Source of the DNA: Octopus vulgaris
Lineage: Eukaryota
Reading direction: 5' to 3'
Assembly (NCBI GenBank): GCA_951406725.2
Contig: OX597837.1
Coordinates: 35,774,001-35,838,000, forward strand
Length of the DNA stretch: 64,000 nucleotides
Below are positions 1-53,445 of this stretch, in pieces. The position numbers and the translations under genes were made by a program. A model generated the notes under the pieces. It was given only the letters and a program-made list of their open reading frames with translations, did no database searches and had not been told where the DNA came from. Numbering within the stretch: the first letter of the stretch is position 1; each line of letters opens with the position of its first letter.

Positions 1-240
1 GCTGTGTTGTATGTAGCTTGCTTACCAACCACATAGTCCTGGGTTCAGTCCCACTGTGTGGCATCTTGGCCAAGTGTCTTCCACTATATCCTGAAGCCAA
101 CCAAAGCCTTGTGAGTGGATTTGGTTGACAGAAACTGAAAGAAACCCATCATATTCTTTTTTTTTTTTATATTCTTTTAATTTGACTGTGGCCATGCTGG
201 AATATCGCCTTTTAGTCGAACAAATTACACCCCCAAATAT

Positions 241-449
241 TGCAGAACGGTTGATATTGTCAACGACTGAGAAACAGTGGCAGTAATAATCAGGTAACAA
301 ACCAACAATCCATATTTCCGAGAAACTGTAAACTGTACCTGGAACTACGAAGACCAAACTACGAACTGCCAACTACATCAGACCGCAACTATTTATATGT
401 AGGGGTTCCGTCTATTCTCTTCTGTGGGTGTTGTACTCTTGCCACTACA
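241..449 (-). mobile_element. Probable solo LTR (209 bp)
   Basis: TG...CA termini flanked by ATAT direct repeat (237-240, 450-453); TATAAATA on the minus strand near 390; interrupts a SINE fragment. Confidence 0.4.
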
Positions 450-494
450 ATATTACAATTTGGTTAACTTTTTTCTGGTCATTACAAGAATATC

Positions 495-1063
495 TGCTCA
501 CAGCAGCCATATTCCTACCGCTCTATGTCACGCTGGTGAGACCCATATTGGAGTACGGGATTCAAGCCTCTTCTCCTTATCTCCTCAAAGACATACATCA
601 TCTCGAAAGAGTCCAGAAGCTGGCTCCCCACATGGTTCTTGGTCTCAAGCATTTGTCTTATGAAGAAAGGCTGAAGACGCTCGACTTTTATTCTCTAGAA
701 AAACGACGACACCGTGCTGATCTCATTCTTGCTCACAACATCATAAGCAGAAAGTGTAACCTCTCGAAAGAGCTGTTCTTCACTCCTGCTCCAGAGTGTC
801 GGCTGCGGGGTCATTCCAAGAAGCTCTATCTGCGACGATTTCATCTCAGTCGAATGAGAGGGGCTTTCTCCGTCCGGGTTGCGGATCCATGGAATAAGCT
901 GCCGGACGAGATAGTGAAGATGCCGATGACCACTCGGTTCAAAGTCTCTCTTGACCAGAAATGGCCTGAACTCTTTGCATGAACACCCCTGTACATAACT
1001 CCATGTCCCCCTACATGGCCTTGCTTTTTGCTTTTTGAGCCAAAAAATTAACTTAACTTAACT
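495..1063 (+). mobile_element. CR1-clade LINE, 5'-truncated 3' end (ORF2 C-terminus, 3' UTR, (TAACT)n tail)
   Basis: ORF 428..982 reads LYVTLVRPILEY...LERVQ...LSYEERLKTL..YSLEKRR.RADLI...LRGHSKKL...FSVRV..WNKLP, typical of the CR1 ORF2 end; short tandem tail follows. Confidence 0.9.
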
Positions 1064-1936
1064 ATCTGTGTGTGTGTGTCTGTGTGTGTGTGTGCACGCA
1101 TTGTTTTGTTGTCAGATAGATATGTGAGGCTAACCTGTGACTTCCGAGGTGGAAGTGTTCTGTGAAGTGGTTCGTGTTAGGAAGGACATTCAGTTGTAGA
1201 GACCATGAGAAAACTATGACACTGGAGTGTGATCCTCTCATCCACCGGATCCTGTTCACCCATCTGACTCATATCAGATCGACTTGGAAAAATGTTCGTT
1301 TATAGCACCATACAAATGACCTCTACCTTTCTGTTATATGTGTGTGTGGGTGCATCTTTTACTTGTTTCTGCCAGTCAGATTGTGGCCATGCTGGGGCAC
1401 TGTCTTGAAGAATTTCAGTCGAATGAATTGACACCTGTACGTATTCTGTTGGTCTCTTTAACCGAACCAGAAAGGTGGGGGTGGGGAGATATGAACACAC
1501 CAACGCCAGTTGTCAAACAGTGGTGAAGGACTCACACACACGAACAGGATTCTTTCAGTTTCTGTCTACCAGATCTACTCACAAGGCTTTTGGTTGGCCT
1601 GGGGCTATAGTAGAAGACCTTTATATACATATATGTATTATCATCATCATCATCACCTAATGTCCGTCTTCCATGCTGGCTCAGGTTGGCTGGCGTAAAA
1701 AGAGCTGGCAAACCACAGGGCCATGCCAAGCTCTCTTTTGTCTGTTTTGGCATGGTTTCTACAGCTGGTGATCCTTCCTAACACCAATTACTTTACAGAG
1801 GGTACTTGGTACTTTTTTTCATGGTACCACCACTGACGGGTTCACCAAGGAACTTGCAAGACAAAAGAAAGTCCCCTCAACTTGGGAGAGTAGTATTAAG
1901 GGAGGTGGTTTCGTGTCAGTTGATGAGAGGTTAAAA

Positions 1937-2732
1937 CAGGGCTTCTCAACCATTTTTTACCTATGGACCCCTTTGATTGTTATTTTATTCTGGTGGACAC
2001 CCATAGCCATTCGATGTTTAACCCCTTAGTGTTCATATTATTCTATCAAACATAATGCTTATTGATTCCCATTGATTTGAATTAATCATGCATTATCTCA
2101 TATCTTCAAGATCTTGATGGTGTAATCACTTAATGTAGAATAACATTGTAAGGTAGGTGCGAGAGCCTGGATCTGGTCAGTTTGAACATAAAACAGATTA
2201 AATATTTTGGCCGGATATGGCCGGTTTAAATACTAAAGGGTTAAAAACTAGTTTCATAGAAACTTTTTTCAAAATCCCTATTTTGTTTTCCACACGTTCC
2301 CTTGTATAGGTTGAACTATGTAAAACGTTAGAAAAATAAACCCTGCTGGTTCTTTGCAATACACACCATTACATACATTAAATGCAGGGGTTCTCAACTA
2401 TTATCTGTCTATGGACCCTTTTGATTACTATTTTATTCTGGTGGACCCACCCATAGCCATTTGATGTTTAAAAACTAGTTTCATAGAGATGTCTTTCAAA
2501 ATCCCTATTTTGTTTTTCACCCATCAATTTGTGTAGATTGAGACTATGTAAAATGTTAGAGAAAGAAACCCAGCTGTTTCCTGCAACACATCTAAAGCAA
2601 AATTTTTTCAGGGGCCCTTAAAATACTACTGTGGATCCCCAATTTACTTTGTTGTGTAGACCCCTCCCCAAATCTTATATGGACCCTGGGGCGGGGGGGG
2701 GGGGTCATATGGACCCCAGTTGAGAACCAATG
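1937..2732. mobile_element. hAT-like MITE with internally duplicated left part (copies start at 1937 and 2385)
   Basis: CAGGG(C/G)TTCTCAAC left ends and GTTGAGAACCAATG right end; degenerate 8-bp flanks GGTTAAAA/GATGAAAA. Confidence 0.6.
2022..2240. mobile_element. piggyBac-like MITE (TTAA TSD, CCC..GGG termini)
   Basis: TTAA|CCCCTTAGT...ACTAAAGGG|TTAA; the empty site is visible in the duplicate host copy near 2468. Confidence 0.8.
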
Positions 2733-3322
2733 GATGAAAAGAATAGAAGGGAGAAAGATAAATGCCTTACAGTAGAAGAGATACAAGGGTACCCCCAGTT
2801 GAAGAAGGCAACGCAAAGAAAGGCTTGGAGGAAAAGTGGGAGAAATGGTGGTGTTTCAGGATATGTTTCAGGACACACCCTCTAGGTATGGTGGGTGGGA
2901 GACATGGAGTAAAGAGATACAGATGATCGGGTCTGGGTGAGTAGGCAGGGGGGATGGAGGGAAAAGTCTTCATAAGAATGCTAGGAGGGATGGTTGGGTG
3001 GGATAGAGGTGGCTGTAATAAATGATGGTGAGATATATTAGGGTGGCTCTGGGGGGTGGGGGATATATGGAGGGCATTGGGAGTGACAGCAGGTTAAAGA
3101 AATGTTAAGGATGGAGTACAGGAGAGATCATGGTTGGTGCAAAATAATGACAGTTGGAAGTTTAGTGTAGTTTTCATGAAGCATTGTCTCATGTATATAA
3201 ATGTCTTGAATTATATATTCTTTTTTAAAAATTAAAACTGTCATTTATAAAATAAATCAATTTTATCTGGAATGTCAGTATGTCTGAGTTAAGACCTCTT
3301 CTTCAGGAAATCTTTGGAGAAA

Positions 3323-4198
3323 GGCCTAGGAGTGGCTGTGTGGTAAGTAGCTTGCTTACGAACCGCCTGGTTCTGGGTTCAGTCCCACTGCATGGTACCT
3401 TGGGCAAGAGTCTTCTACTATAGCCTCGGGCCGACCAAAGCTTTGTGAGTGGATTTGGTTGACAGAAATTGAAAGAAGCCCATCATATATGTATAAATAT
3501 ATATATATGTTTGTGTGTCTGTGTTTGTCCCCCACAACATCGCTTGACAACCGATGCTGGTGTGTTTACGTCTCCGTAACTTAGCAGTTCGGCAAAAGAG
3601 ACCGATAGAATAAGTACTGGGTTTACAAAGAATAAGTCCTGGGGTCGATTTGCCTGACCAAAGGGCAAGTGTCTTCTACTGTAGTCTTGGGCTGATCAAA
3701 GCCTTGTGAGTGGATTTGGTAGACGGAAACTGGAAGAGCTGGCAGAAACGTTAGCATGCCGGGCGAAATGATTAGCAGTATTTCGTCTGCCATTACGTTC
3801 TGAGTTCAAATTTCGCCGAGGTCGACTTTGCCTTTCATCCTTTCGGGGTCGATAAATTAAGTACCAGTTACGCACTGGTGTCAATGTAATCAATTTAATC
3901 CCTTTGCCTGTCCCCTCTATGCTTAGCCCCTTGTGGGCAATAAAGAAATAAGATACTGGAAGAAGCCTGTCATATATGTGTGTGTGTGTCTGTGTTTGTT
4001 CCCCCACCATCGCTTGACAGCCGATGTTGGTGTGTTTATGCAACCATAACTTAGCAGCTCAGCAAAAGCAACTGATAGAATAAGTACCAGGCTTACAAAG
4101 AATAAGTCCTGGGAACGATTTCTTCGACTAACACCCTTTTAGTCGGTGCTCCAGCATGGCCACAGTCAAATGACTGATACAAGTAAAAGAATAAAAGA
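3323..4198 (+). mobile_element. Two tandem tRNA-derived SINE-A copies, the second interrupted by a SINE-B (about 3736-3952)
   Basis: A box TGGCTGTGTGG and B box GGTTCAGTCCC; shared body and ATGACTGAAACAAGTAAAAGA-type tail repeated more than 20 times in the window. Confidence 0.8.
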
Positions 4199-5581
4199 AC
4201 CTACTGTTTTTTTTTTTTGTTTTTCTCTTTGTGAGTAATTCTTGACCATTCAAAGTTGTTGAATTTGTCTCACTTTTTATGATTCATTTTCTAAATTATT
4301 CCACACGTGCTGGAATAATTTGGCCATTCTCTTAATTACTTTTTGTATTTGAAAGTTGATTCTGTTCTCTTCATGTCATCATCATGCATGGCTTAATGGG
4401 TAGAGTGTTGAGCTCACAAGCGTAAGGTTGTGAGTTCGATTCCCTTTGTTTCACGTTGCTCCAGTCCACTCAGCTGGCAAAATCGAGTTGTATCTTTATT
4501 TCAAAGGACCACTCCTTGTCACATTCCATGTCACACTGAATCTCCCTGAGAACTATATTAAGGGTACACATGTCTGTGGAGTGCTCAGCCACTTGCATGT
4601 TTATTTCTCAGGTAAGCTGTTCCACTGATCAGATCGACTGGAATATTTGCTGAAACCAACAGAGTGCTAGTTTTTTCTTGCTTGAGCGATTTTTGCATCA
4701 TCATAAATTCTGATGATCAAATTAATTTTTTCCTCTTCCTCATAGGTAAAGCTCAGCAATATCATCACCATTTAGTGTTTGCTTTCCATGCTGGCATGGG
4801 TCGGACAGTTTGACTGGAGTTGACATGCCAGAGAGTTGCACCCATCCCCGGTTGTTTGTTTCGGCATGGTTTGCATTTTGGCAAGACATGATTGCATATG
4901 TCCTACATTCTGGATATGGAATCTAAAAGAAGAGGAATGCTTATTATGTACATTTGTAGCTTTTGCATGGAATTTGTCAAATATGTTGCAAATACACAGT
5001 TTTGTGTAAACTAAACCTGGTGTCTGTTGAAAAATCTTTGAAAAAAAAACAAGTATATAGCTTGTTTGTAAGATCATGTACCCAAGTGTAAATACGGATG
5101 TTTTTTTATCATTTGGAACACACGTGTGTACTGCATTTATGAAATTAGAGAGAGAACATTTGTTGTAGAAAATAACTGAATATGGAAAAACCCAGTGAAT
5201 CATTGTCTATGACATATTGGACATATTAAAAGCAATCCGAGTCTGTACAATGTTTTGCGATGAAGGGAGGACGGGTTTTTGTTTATTTTTGATTTCCTTT
5301 TATTTTGGTGTTTTTATTTATATCTTTGTATTCAAATTAAAAACTGCCATCATGTACATTGTTCAACAATAGCTCTGTCATTATTTGAGAACTCAAGTAC
5401 ACAAGTGTTTGTGCGTATGTATGTGTGTGTGTGTGTGTGTATGCATGTGTGTGTGTGTATGTATGTATATTTCGGAAAAGCAACAGTGTGACTCAAGGCT
5501 TGAGAGATTCGTGTGTTAGCACTTATTGAGTGATAAGTGCTAATGGATGGAACTGTTGGCTCTTGAGCCAGTTGCTTCTGC

Positions 5582-5633
<52 letters not shown>

Positions 5634-5900
5634 CACATGTTTGGAATTCTGTGTTTCCTGTATGTATCACCAAGTCTCTCTTTCTCCCTCCCTCCCCCCC
5701 CTCTCTCTCTCTCTCTCTATATAGATATATATATATATATATTTGATGACTTCACTAGAATGCATGAAAGCGCTAATATATGATACATGATGTATAAAAA
5801 CATGTAATATACAAATAGATATCTGTAAATACAAAACCATCCGAATTTCTGAGTACCTCATTTCTTCTAATATAAAATACCTGTACATCATCTCCAAACC

Positions 5901-5968
<68 letters not shown>

Positions 5969-6108
5969 AATATAAAAGAAAGAAAATGGAGAATTGTGGA
6001 TGTATGAATCATACAAATGAATTATTTAAACATCCATAATTCTCCATTTCCTTTCATTATTAACAATATGTCTTACTATAATAATCTCTAACATAGGCAC
6101 AAATCTGA

Positions 6109-6460
6109 CAGTGTGGTAAGTAGCTTGCTTACCAACCACAAGATTATGGGTTCAGTCCCACTGCATGGCACCGTGGGCAGGTGTCTACTACTATAGCCTC
6201 GGGCCGACCAAAGCCTTGTGAGTGGATTTGGTAGACGGAAACTGAAAGAAGCCCGTTGTGTGTATGTGTCCTCCCCAACATAGCTTGACAACCGGTGCTG
6301 ATGTGTTTACAACCCCGTAACTTAGCAGTTTGGCAAAGGGGAAACCGATAGAATAAGTACTAGGTTTACAAAGAATAAGTCCCGGGGTCGATTTGCTCGA
6401 CTAAATGTGGTGCTCCAGCATGGCCGCAGTCAAATAATGACTTAAGTGAATAAAAGAATA
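6109..6460 (+). mobile_element. SINE-A copy
   Basis: Aligns along its length with other SINE-A copies. Confidence 0.8.
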
Positions 6461-7076
6461 TCGAGATTTTCTCCTTATATGATAGGGATTAACCAGTGAA
6501 ATTTTTGGATTAGCTAATCCCTAATGAGGCCCTGACATCCTTGAATTAACTACATATAATGTGAGGGAGGGTGTAACTCAAGTCATAGCAAATAAATCTG
6601 TGTCAAAATACATATTTTAACACAGATAAATATGTTAATTAAAATACATATTTTAAATTAGATGGATTTGTGTGACGGTGGTGGTGAGGTCTCTAGTTAA
6701 AAAACCTCTCAAGGGAAGGGTGTACCCTTGAAACTGCTCTTTGAAGTGGCTGTATCTCACTTAGCCTCAGTGCTATTTAGGCAACATTATAGGCTCTTTG
6801 GTGAATGTATACGCACATGCATACACTTTTGTAGACAGCTGTTTTAGCTACTACTGCTGTACCGTTTGAGAATAAAGTGCATGAGTGCGTGCAACAAAAG
6901 TGCTTATAAACTTTGTGTATTTGTGTGCGTGTGTGCGTAAAATAGGAAACAGGCTATTCGCAATATAAAACTACATGGTTCTGGGTTCAGTCCCATTGCG
7001 TGGCACTTTGGCCAAGTGTTTTCTACTGTAGCCTTGAGAGGGGATTTAGTAGATGGAAACTGAAAGAAACCTATCT

Positions 7077-7107
<31 letters not shown>

Positions 7108-7145
7108 ATATTATATGTACATATATACATACACATGCGCATATA

Positions 7146-7194
<49 letters not shown>

Positions 7195-7305
7195 TTAATT
7201 AATTAATTAAAAAAAACAGACAAAAAATTACAAGAAGAAAAAAACAACACGAGAACATGGTAAATGCAAAGTATTGATAAAAAGCTCAGGGAAGGAAAGT
7301 AATGG

Positions 7306-7342
7306 TGTTTTATGTTTCGAGCAAAGCTCTTCTTCGGAAACA
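7306..7342 (-). ncRNA. Minimal type-I hammerhead-like motif (family 1), core U4C
   Basis: Minus strand: TGTTT-CCGAAGA-A-GAGC TTT GCTC-GAAA-CA-TA-AAACA. Confidence 0.6.
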
Positions 7343-7422
7343 GGAGACTGAGGAAAGTCAAGAGAAAAGTAAGATGGAGGTAAAAAAAATCACCAACAAT
7401 CCACCTGTAGTTACATTATTTA

Positions 7423-7473
<51 letters not shown>

Positions 7474-7500
7474 GTATATATATATATGTATATATATATG

Positions 7501-7533
<33 letters not shown>

Positions 7534-8240
7534 CTGTTTCTGCTTGAAAACTGGCGTTGGTTTGTTTATGTCCCTGTAACTTAGCGGTTTATCAAAACAG
7601 ACTGATAGACTAAGTACTGGGCAGAACAAAATAAAAGTTCTGGGATCCATTCATTCGACTAAAAGCTTGTCAATGGTGGTGCCCCAGCATGGCCACAGTC
7701 CAGTGACTGAATGAAGCTAGTAAAAAAAATAAAGATAAAAGATAAACATATTTGGTTGGATTTGTCATAGTGTGTATAATACTAATAGTAGCAGTAGTAG
7801 TAGTACCACCACGAACACCACCACTACCCCTTCTGCCATGTATTTCCTCCATTATCTCCAATGCAAACAGACACAGATAGAATTTGGCATTCTTCTTGGT
7901 TCCAGTTTTTGAGGAATTATATACCCTAACCCCACCCGAACCCTTAGCAAAGGAGCTCTTCAAAATTCTTCAGAAAATGTCTTTCGCAGTTTTTTTTTTA
8001 TTCAGATCCTAATCTGTGTTTTTGTTTTGTTTTTTTTTTTGTTCCTGTTTTTTCACTTTTTGTTTACACACACACACACACACACAGATTATATTAAATC
8101 TACACATGTGTATATGGGTGTGTTTATGTGTCTGTATATGCGATTGCTTTGTATGTCTTGCTTATCTTTGTAATGTCAGTTTATAAACATGGTTTTATAT
8201 ATACATATATACATATATATATATACATATATATACATAC

Positions 8241-8273
<33 letters not shown>

Positions 8274-8290
8274 CATACATATATATGTAC

Positions 8291-8387
<97 letters not shown>

Positions 8388-8792
8388 TATTCATACACAT
8401 CAATTAAAGTGTAAGATTTTAAAATAAATGGTGTCAATTTAAAAGTTGGGTGGGAGCATAATAATGTCTAAGATAATTATATATTTATATATTTATTTTC
8501 CAGATTTATTGTTTTAGCAAAGTATCTGTAAAAATATACAGATTCTGTCTACAGTTATTACCTTGTATTGAGTTCTCTTTGGGTTTCAGTTTCCTTGATC
8601 TTTAGTCTTCTTGTTTGTATCATACAATATATTATATATATATATTACGGTTCCATCATAGGTACAATCAACAAAAAAGCATTAACATCTGGTGATAAAT
8701 ATCATTTAACATAGAATATTACAAAGAAGCCATTAATGGTTTTAATGCGTCCTATTGCATGAAACTGTTGGTGGCTCTTTTGTAACGTTGTA

Positions 8793-9013
8793 TACTCTTT
8801 TACTCTTTTACTTGTTTCAGTCATTTGACTGCGGCCATGCTGGAGCACCGCCTTTAATCAAGCAACTCGACCCCGGGACTTATTCTTTTGTAAGCCCAGT
8901 ACTTATTCTATCGGTCCCTTATGCCGAACCGCTAAGTAACGGGGACATAAACACACCAGCATCGGTTGTCAAGCAATGCTAGGGAGACAAACACAGACAC
9001 ACAAACAGACGCA

Positions 9014-9054
<41 letters not shown>

Positions 9055-9387
9055 GACAGGCTTCTTTCAGTTTCCGTCTACCAAATCCACTCACAAGGCT
9101 TTGGTCGGCCCGAGGCTATAGTAGAAGACACCTGCCCAAGGTGCCACGCAGTGGGACTGAACCCGGAACCATGTGGTTGGTAAACAAGCTACTTACCACA
9201 CAGCCACTCCTGCACCATATATGATGGGCTTCTTTCAGTTTCTGTGTACCAAATCCACTCACAAGGCTTTGGTCGGCCCAAGGCTATAGTAAAAGACACT
9301 TGCCCAAGGTGCCACGCAGAGGGACTGAACCCGGAACTATGTGGTTGGTAAACAAGCTACTTACCACACAGCCACTCCTGCGCCTAT
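8793..9387 (-). mobile_element. SINE-A full copy plus duplicated head (9220-9387)
   Basis: Reverse-complement match to SINE-A, with a (TA)n spacer between head and tail. Confidence 0.85.
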
Positions 9388-9464
9388 ATTAAATTATCTA
9401 TAAATATATTTGCTTATTTATATCTCCCTTGTATTCATGTGTCTTTTTTTTTTTTCTTTTGCAG

Positions 9465-50657
<41,193 letters not shown>

Positions 50658-50866
50658 GTATTTGATATTCCAGCCTTTCACTGGTTTTTGTTGTGGGGGG
50701 GATGTGGTGGTGAAATCCTGTTCCAGCAGATGTGACCATTTCCCAGAATTTCTTTATCTGCGGCAGCATTGTTCAAAGTTGCCTTCATTTCATTGTTTTT
50801 ATGTTTTCTTTCGGTTTTGTTTTTTTTGTTTTTTGTCATATTGGTACCAATTAGAAAAGACTTATT

Positions 50867-51293
50867 GGGTCTTTTCGGTTTGAACGGCAGTTTTTAAAAA
50901 TAACTTCTAGGTAACTAAAAAATTTTAAACTTCGTATACTGGTAGAATGTGTTTATAAAATATCTTTTTCTCTTGGCTTTATTGACACAATTCTGTAGTT
51001 TGTAACATATTTGCTGTTTTTTTCTTCAATTTCTGGAATTTCAACCAATCACTGACGTCTATTGAGGTAAAAAAAACATTGTGCCGTATGAATATGTCCC
51101 TCGTTTAAGAAACAGATTGGGTTTATTTACATTTATTAAGAAAAAAAGATACCCTTCCCCCCACCCCTAACCCTAACTAACTCTAAACCCTAAAACAGAT
51201 TGAAATGCAATAGATTGATACTAGGGTCATAATTATGGGTGACAATTTCATATGACACCGCTAGAAAAACTGCCGTTGAAACCGAAATGATCC
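50867..51293. mobile_element. MITE with ~29-bp TIRs and perfect 8-bp TSD (Merlin-like or Mutator-like)
   Basis: GACTTATT|GGGTCTTTTCGGTTTGAACGGCAGTTTTT...AAAAACTGCCGTTGAAACCGAAATGATCC|GACTTATT. Confidence 0.85.
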
Positions 51294-52039
51294 GACTTAT
51301 TGAGGTTGTATTATGTGGCCTAATGTCTTTCTTGGCACCAACCATTATTTGGATTTTTACTCTGGCCAGGTAACCATGAACCTCCTCTATAGCAAGACAC
51401 CTATTTCTGCCTCTCTAATAACCTTTCATCACCTCCTCCAATGACCCTCCCTCCTCTCTCATAATTCCTTGTTTTGCGAGTTACTTGGTGACCCTGCCTG
51501 TGCTGGTGTCACACAAAAAGCATCATGTCCACACTGTTAAGTGGTTGCCATTTGGAATAGCATCCAGGTGTAGAAACATTGCCAAAACTGACCTCGCCTG
51601 TGCTGGTGCCATGTAAAAAGCACTTGGTCCAGTCTGCAGGATGGTTAGTGCTAGAAAGGGCATCCAGTGGTAAAGACCCTGCCAAAACTGACCTTGCCTG
51701 TGCTGGTTCCACATAAAAAGTACTTGGTCCACTCTGCAAGATGGTTGGTGTTTGGAAAGGGTATCCATCCATAAAAACCATGCAAAACAGATACAGTAGC
51801 CTGGTGTAGCCTTCTACCTGTCCAGCTCCTGTCAAACCATCCAACCCATGCCAGCGCTGGAAAGCAGACGTGAAGCGATGATGATGAGTGAGGAACCTTA
51901 TTCTACAGGAATTCACACGGTGAGCCACGGAGCTGCAGAATGTTGTTTATGGGAAATGTGAAGGTTATTGCAGTGGAAGAGGTGACAATATAGAGACACT
52001 TGACGACAAGCATGCACAATCATCTATGCATGAATGGGC

Positions 52040-52822
52040 ACACATACATGCATATACACATACATGCATATATACATTCGTGCATATACACATACATGCA
52101 TATACACATACGTGCATATACACCTACATGCATATACACCTACATGCATATACACCTACATGCATATACACCTACATGCATATACACATACATGCATATA
52201 CACATTCATGCATATAAACATACATGCATATACACACACATGCATATACACACACATGCATATACACATACATGCATATACACATACATGCATATACATA
52301 TTCGTGCATATACACATACGTGCATATACACATTCGTGCATATACACATTCGTGCATATACACATACGTGCATATACACATTCGTGCATATACACATACA
52401 TGCATATACACATTCGTGCATATACACATACGTGCATATACACATACGTGCATATACACATTCGTGCATATACACATACGTGCATATACACATACGTGCA
52501 TATACACATACGTGCATATACACATACGTGCATATACACATACGTGCATATACACATACGTGCATATACACATACGTGCATATACACATACGTGCATATA
52601 CACATTCGTGCATATACACATACGTGCATATACACATTCGTGCATATACACATACGTGCATAGACACATATACATGCATATACACATATACATGCATATA
52701 CACATACATGCATATACACATACATGCATAGACACATACATGCATAGACACATACATGCATAGACACATACATGCATAGACACATTCATGCATATACACA
52801 TACATGCATATACACACACATG
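52040..52822. repeat. 16-bp minisatellite (TGCATATACACAT(A/T)C(G/A))n
   Basis: Clear 16-nt periodicity over about 780 bp. Confidence 0.93.
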
Positions 52823-53244
52823 TATGTGCAGGTTGGATGTGTGGTTCAGAACTTGGCTTCTCAGCCAAGTACTTTTGGCTTTAGTCTTGCAGCATGGTGC
52901 TGTGGCCCTAGTGTCTTCTACTGTAGCTCTAGGCCAACCAAAATCTTGTCACTGAATTCGACAAACAGTATTTAACAGAACCTTACTGGGCGTGTGTGTG
53001 TTTGTGCTTCTTTGAAAACCGCTGAACTACGACGAGCAGTGATATGTTGCTGTCACTCTTCTTGTTAACCGTTGTCTGCTGTCTTTGTTCCTTCAAAAAC
53101 ATGTAAAATAAGGAATCCTGGATACCACTCCTGTTGCTAAACCTTTCCTGGAAAGCAGGTAAGACAAGGCATATCACTGGAGAACACTTCCTCAAAAATG
53201 TGTACTTCTAACTCATGCTGGCCTAAGAAAAAAGACGTAAATCA

Positions 53245-53445
53245 AATGAAAAAATCGATCACACCCACACAATCGCCACCAGACAATAATACTTTTCTTT
53301 GGTGGAGGTCTTCTTTGGATTGTGGTTTAACGAGTTCTTCTCCGGCAAATAATGGGGAACTTATTTTTCCAAGTTCCAAAATGTTGCTGGTACCAGTGAA
53401 CTGTTGGATTAAATTCAACTTCTGGGTTAATTCTTCAGCTGGCGC
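53245..53445 (-). pseudogene. mariner transposase relic (a second short piece lies at about 50105-50140)
   Basis: Minus strand with frameshifts: EELTQKLN..PTVH.....G..LGK.VPH...KEDLHQRKVLLS..DCVGVI, resembling mariner WVPHEL and LHPKKVLLSVWWD motifs. Confidence 0.6.

Noticed and set aside
3255-6600. Further hammerhead-like fragments at 3275-3310 (-), 5838-5870 (-) and 6483-6590 (+)
   Set aside because: Each lacks at least two required parts (GAAA, UH or stem I pairing); too decayed to call.
1-9400. Upstream PP2A B'' exon (IPRFYFP region)
   Set aside because: No matching frame with splice sites was found by eye; it probably lies 5' of the window.
53044-53106. Signal-peptide-like ORF MLLSLFLLTVVCCLCSFKNM
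   Set aside because: Only 20 codons, stops before the nearby donor and adjoins a mariner relic.
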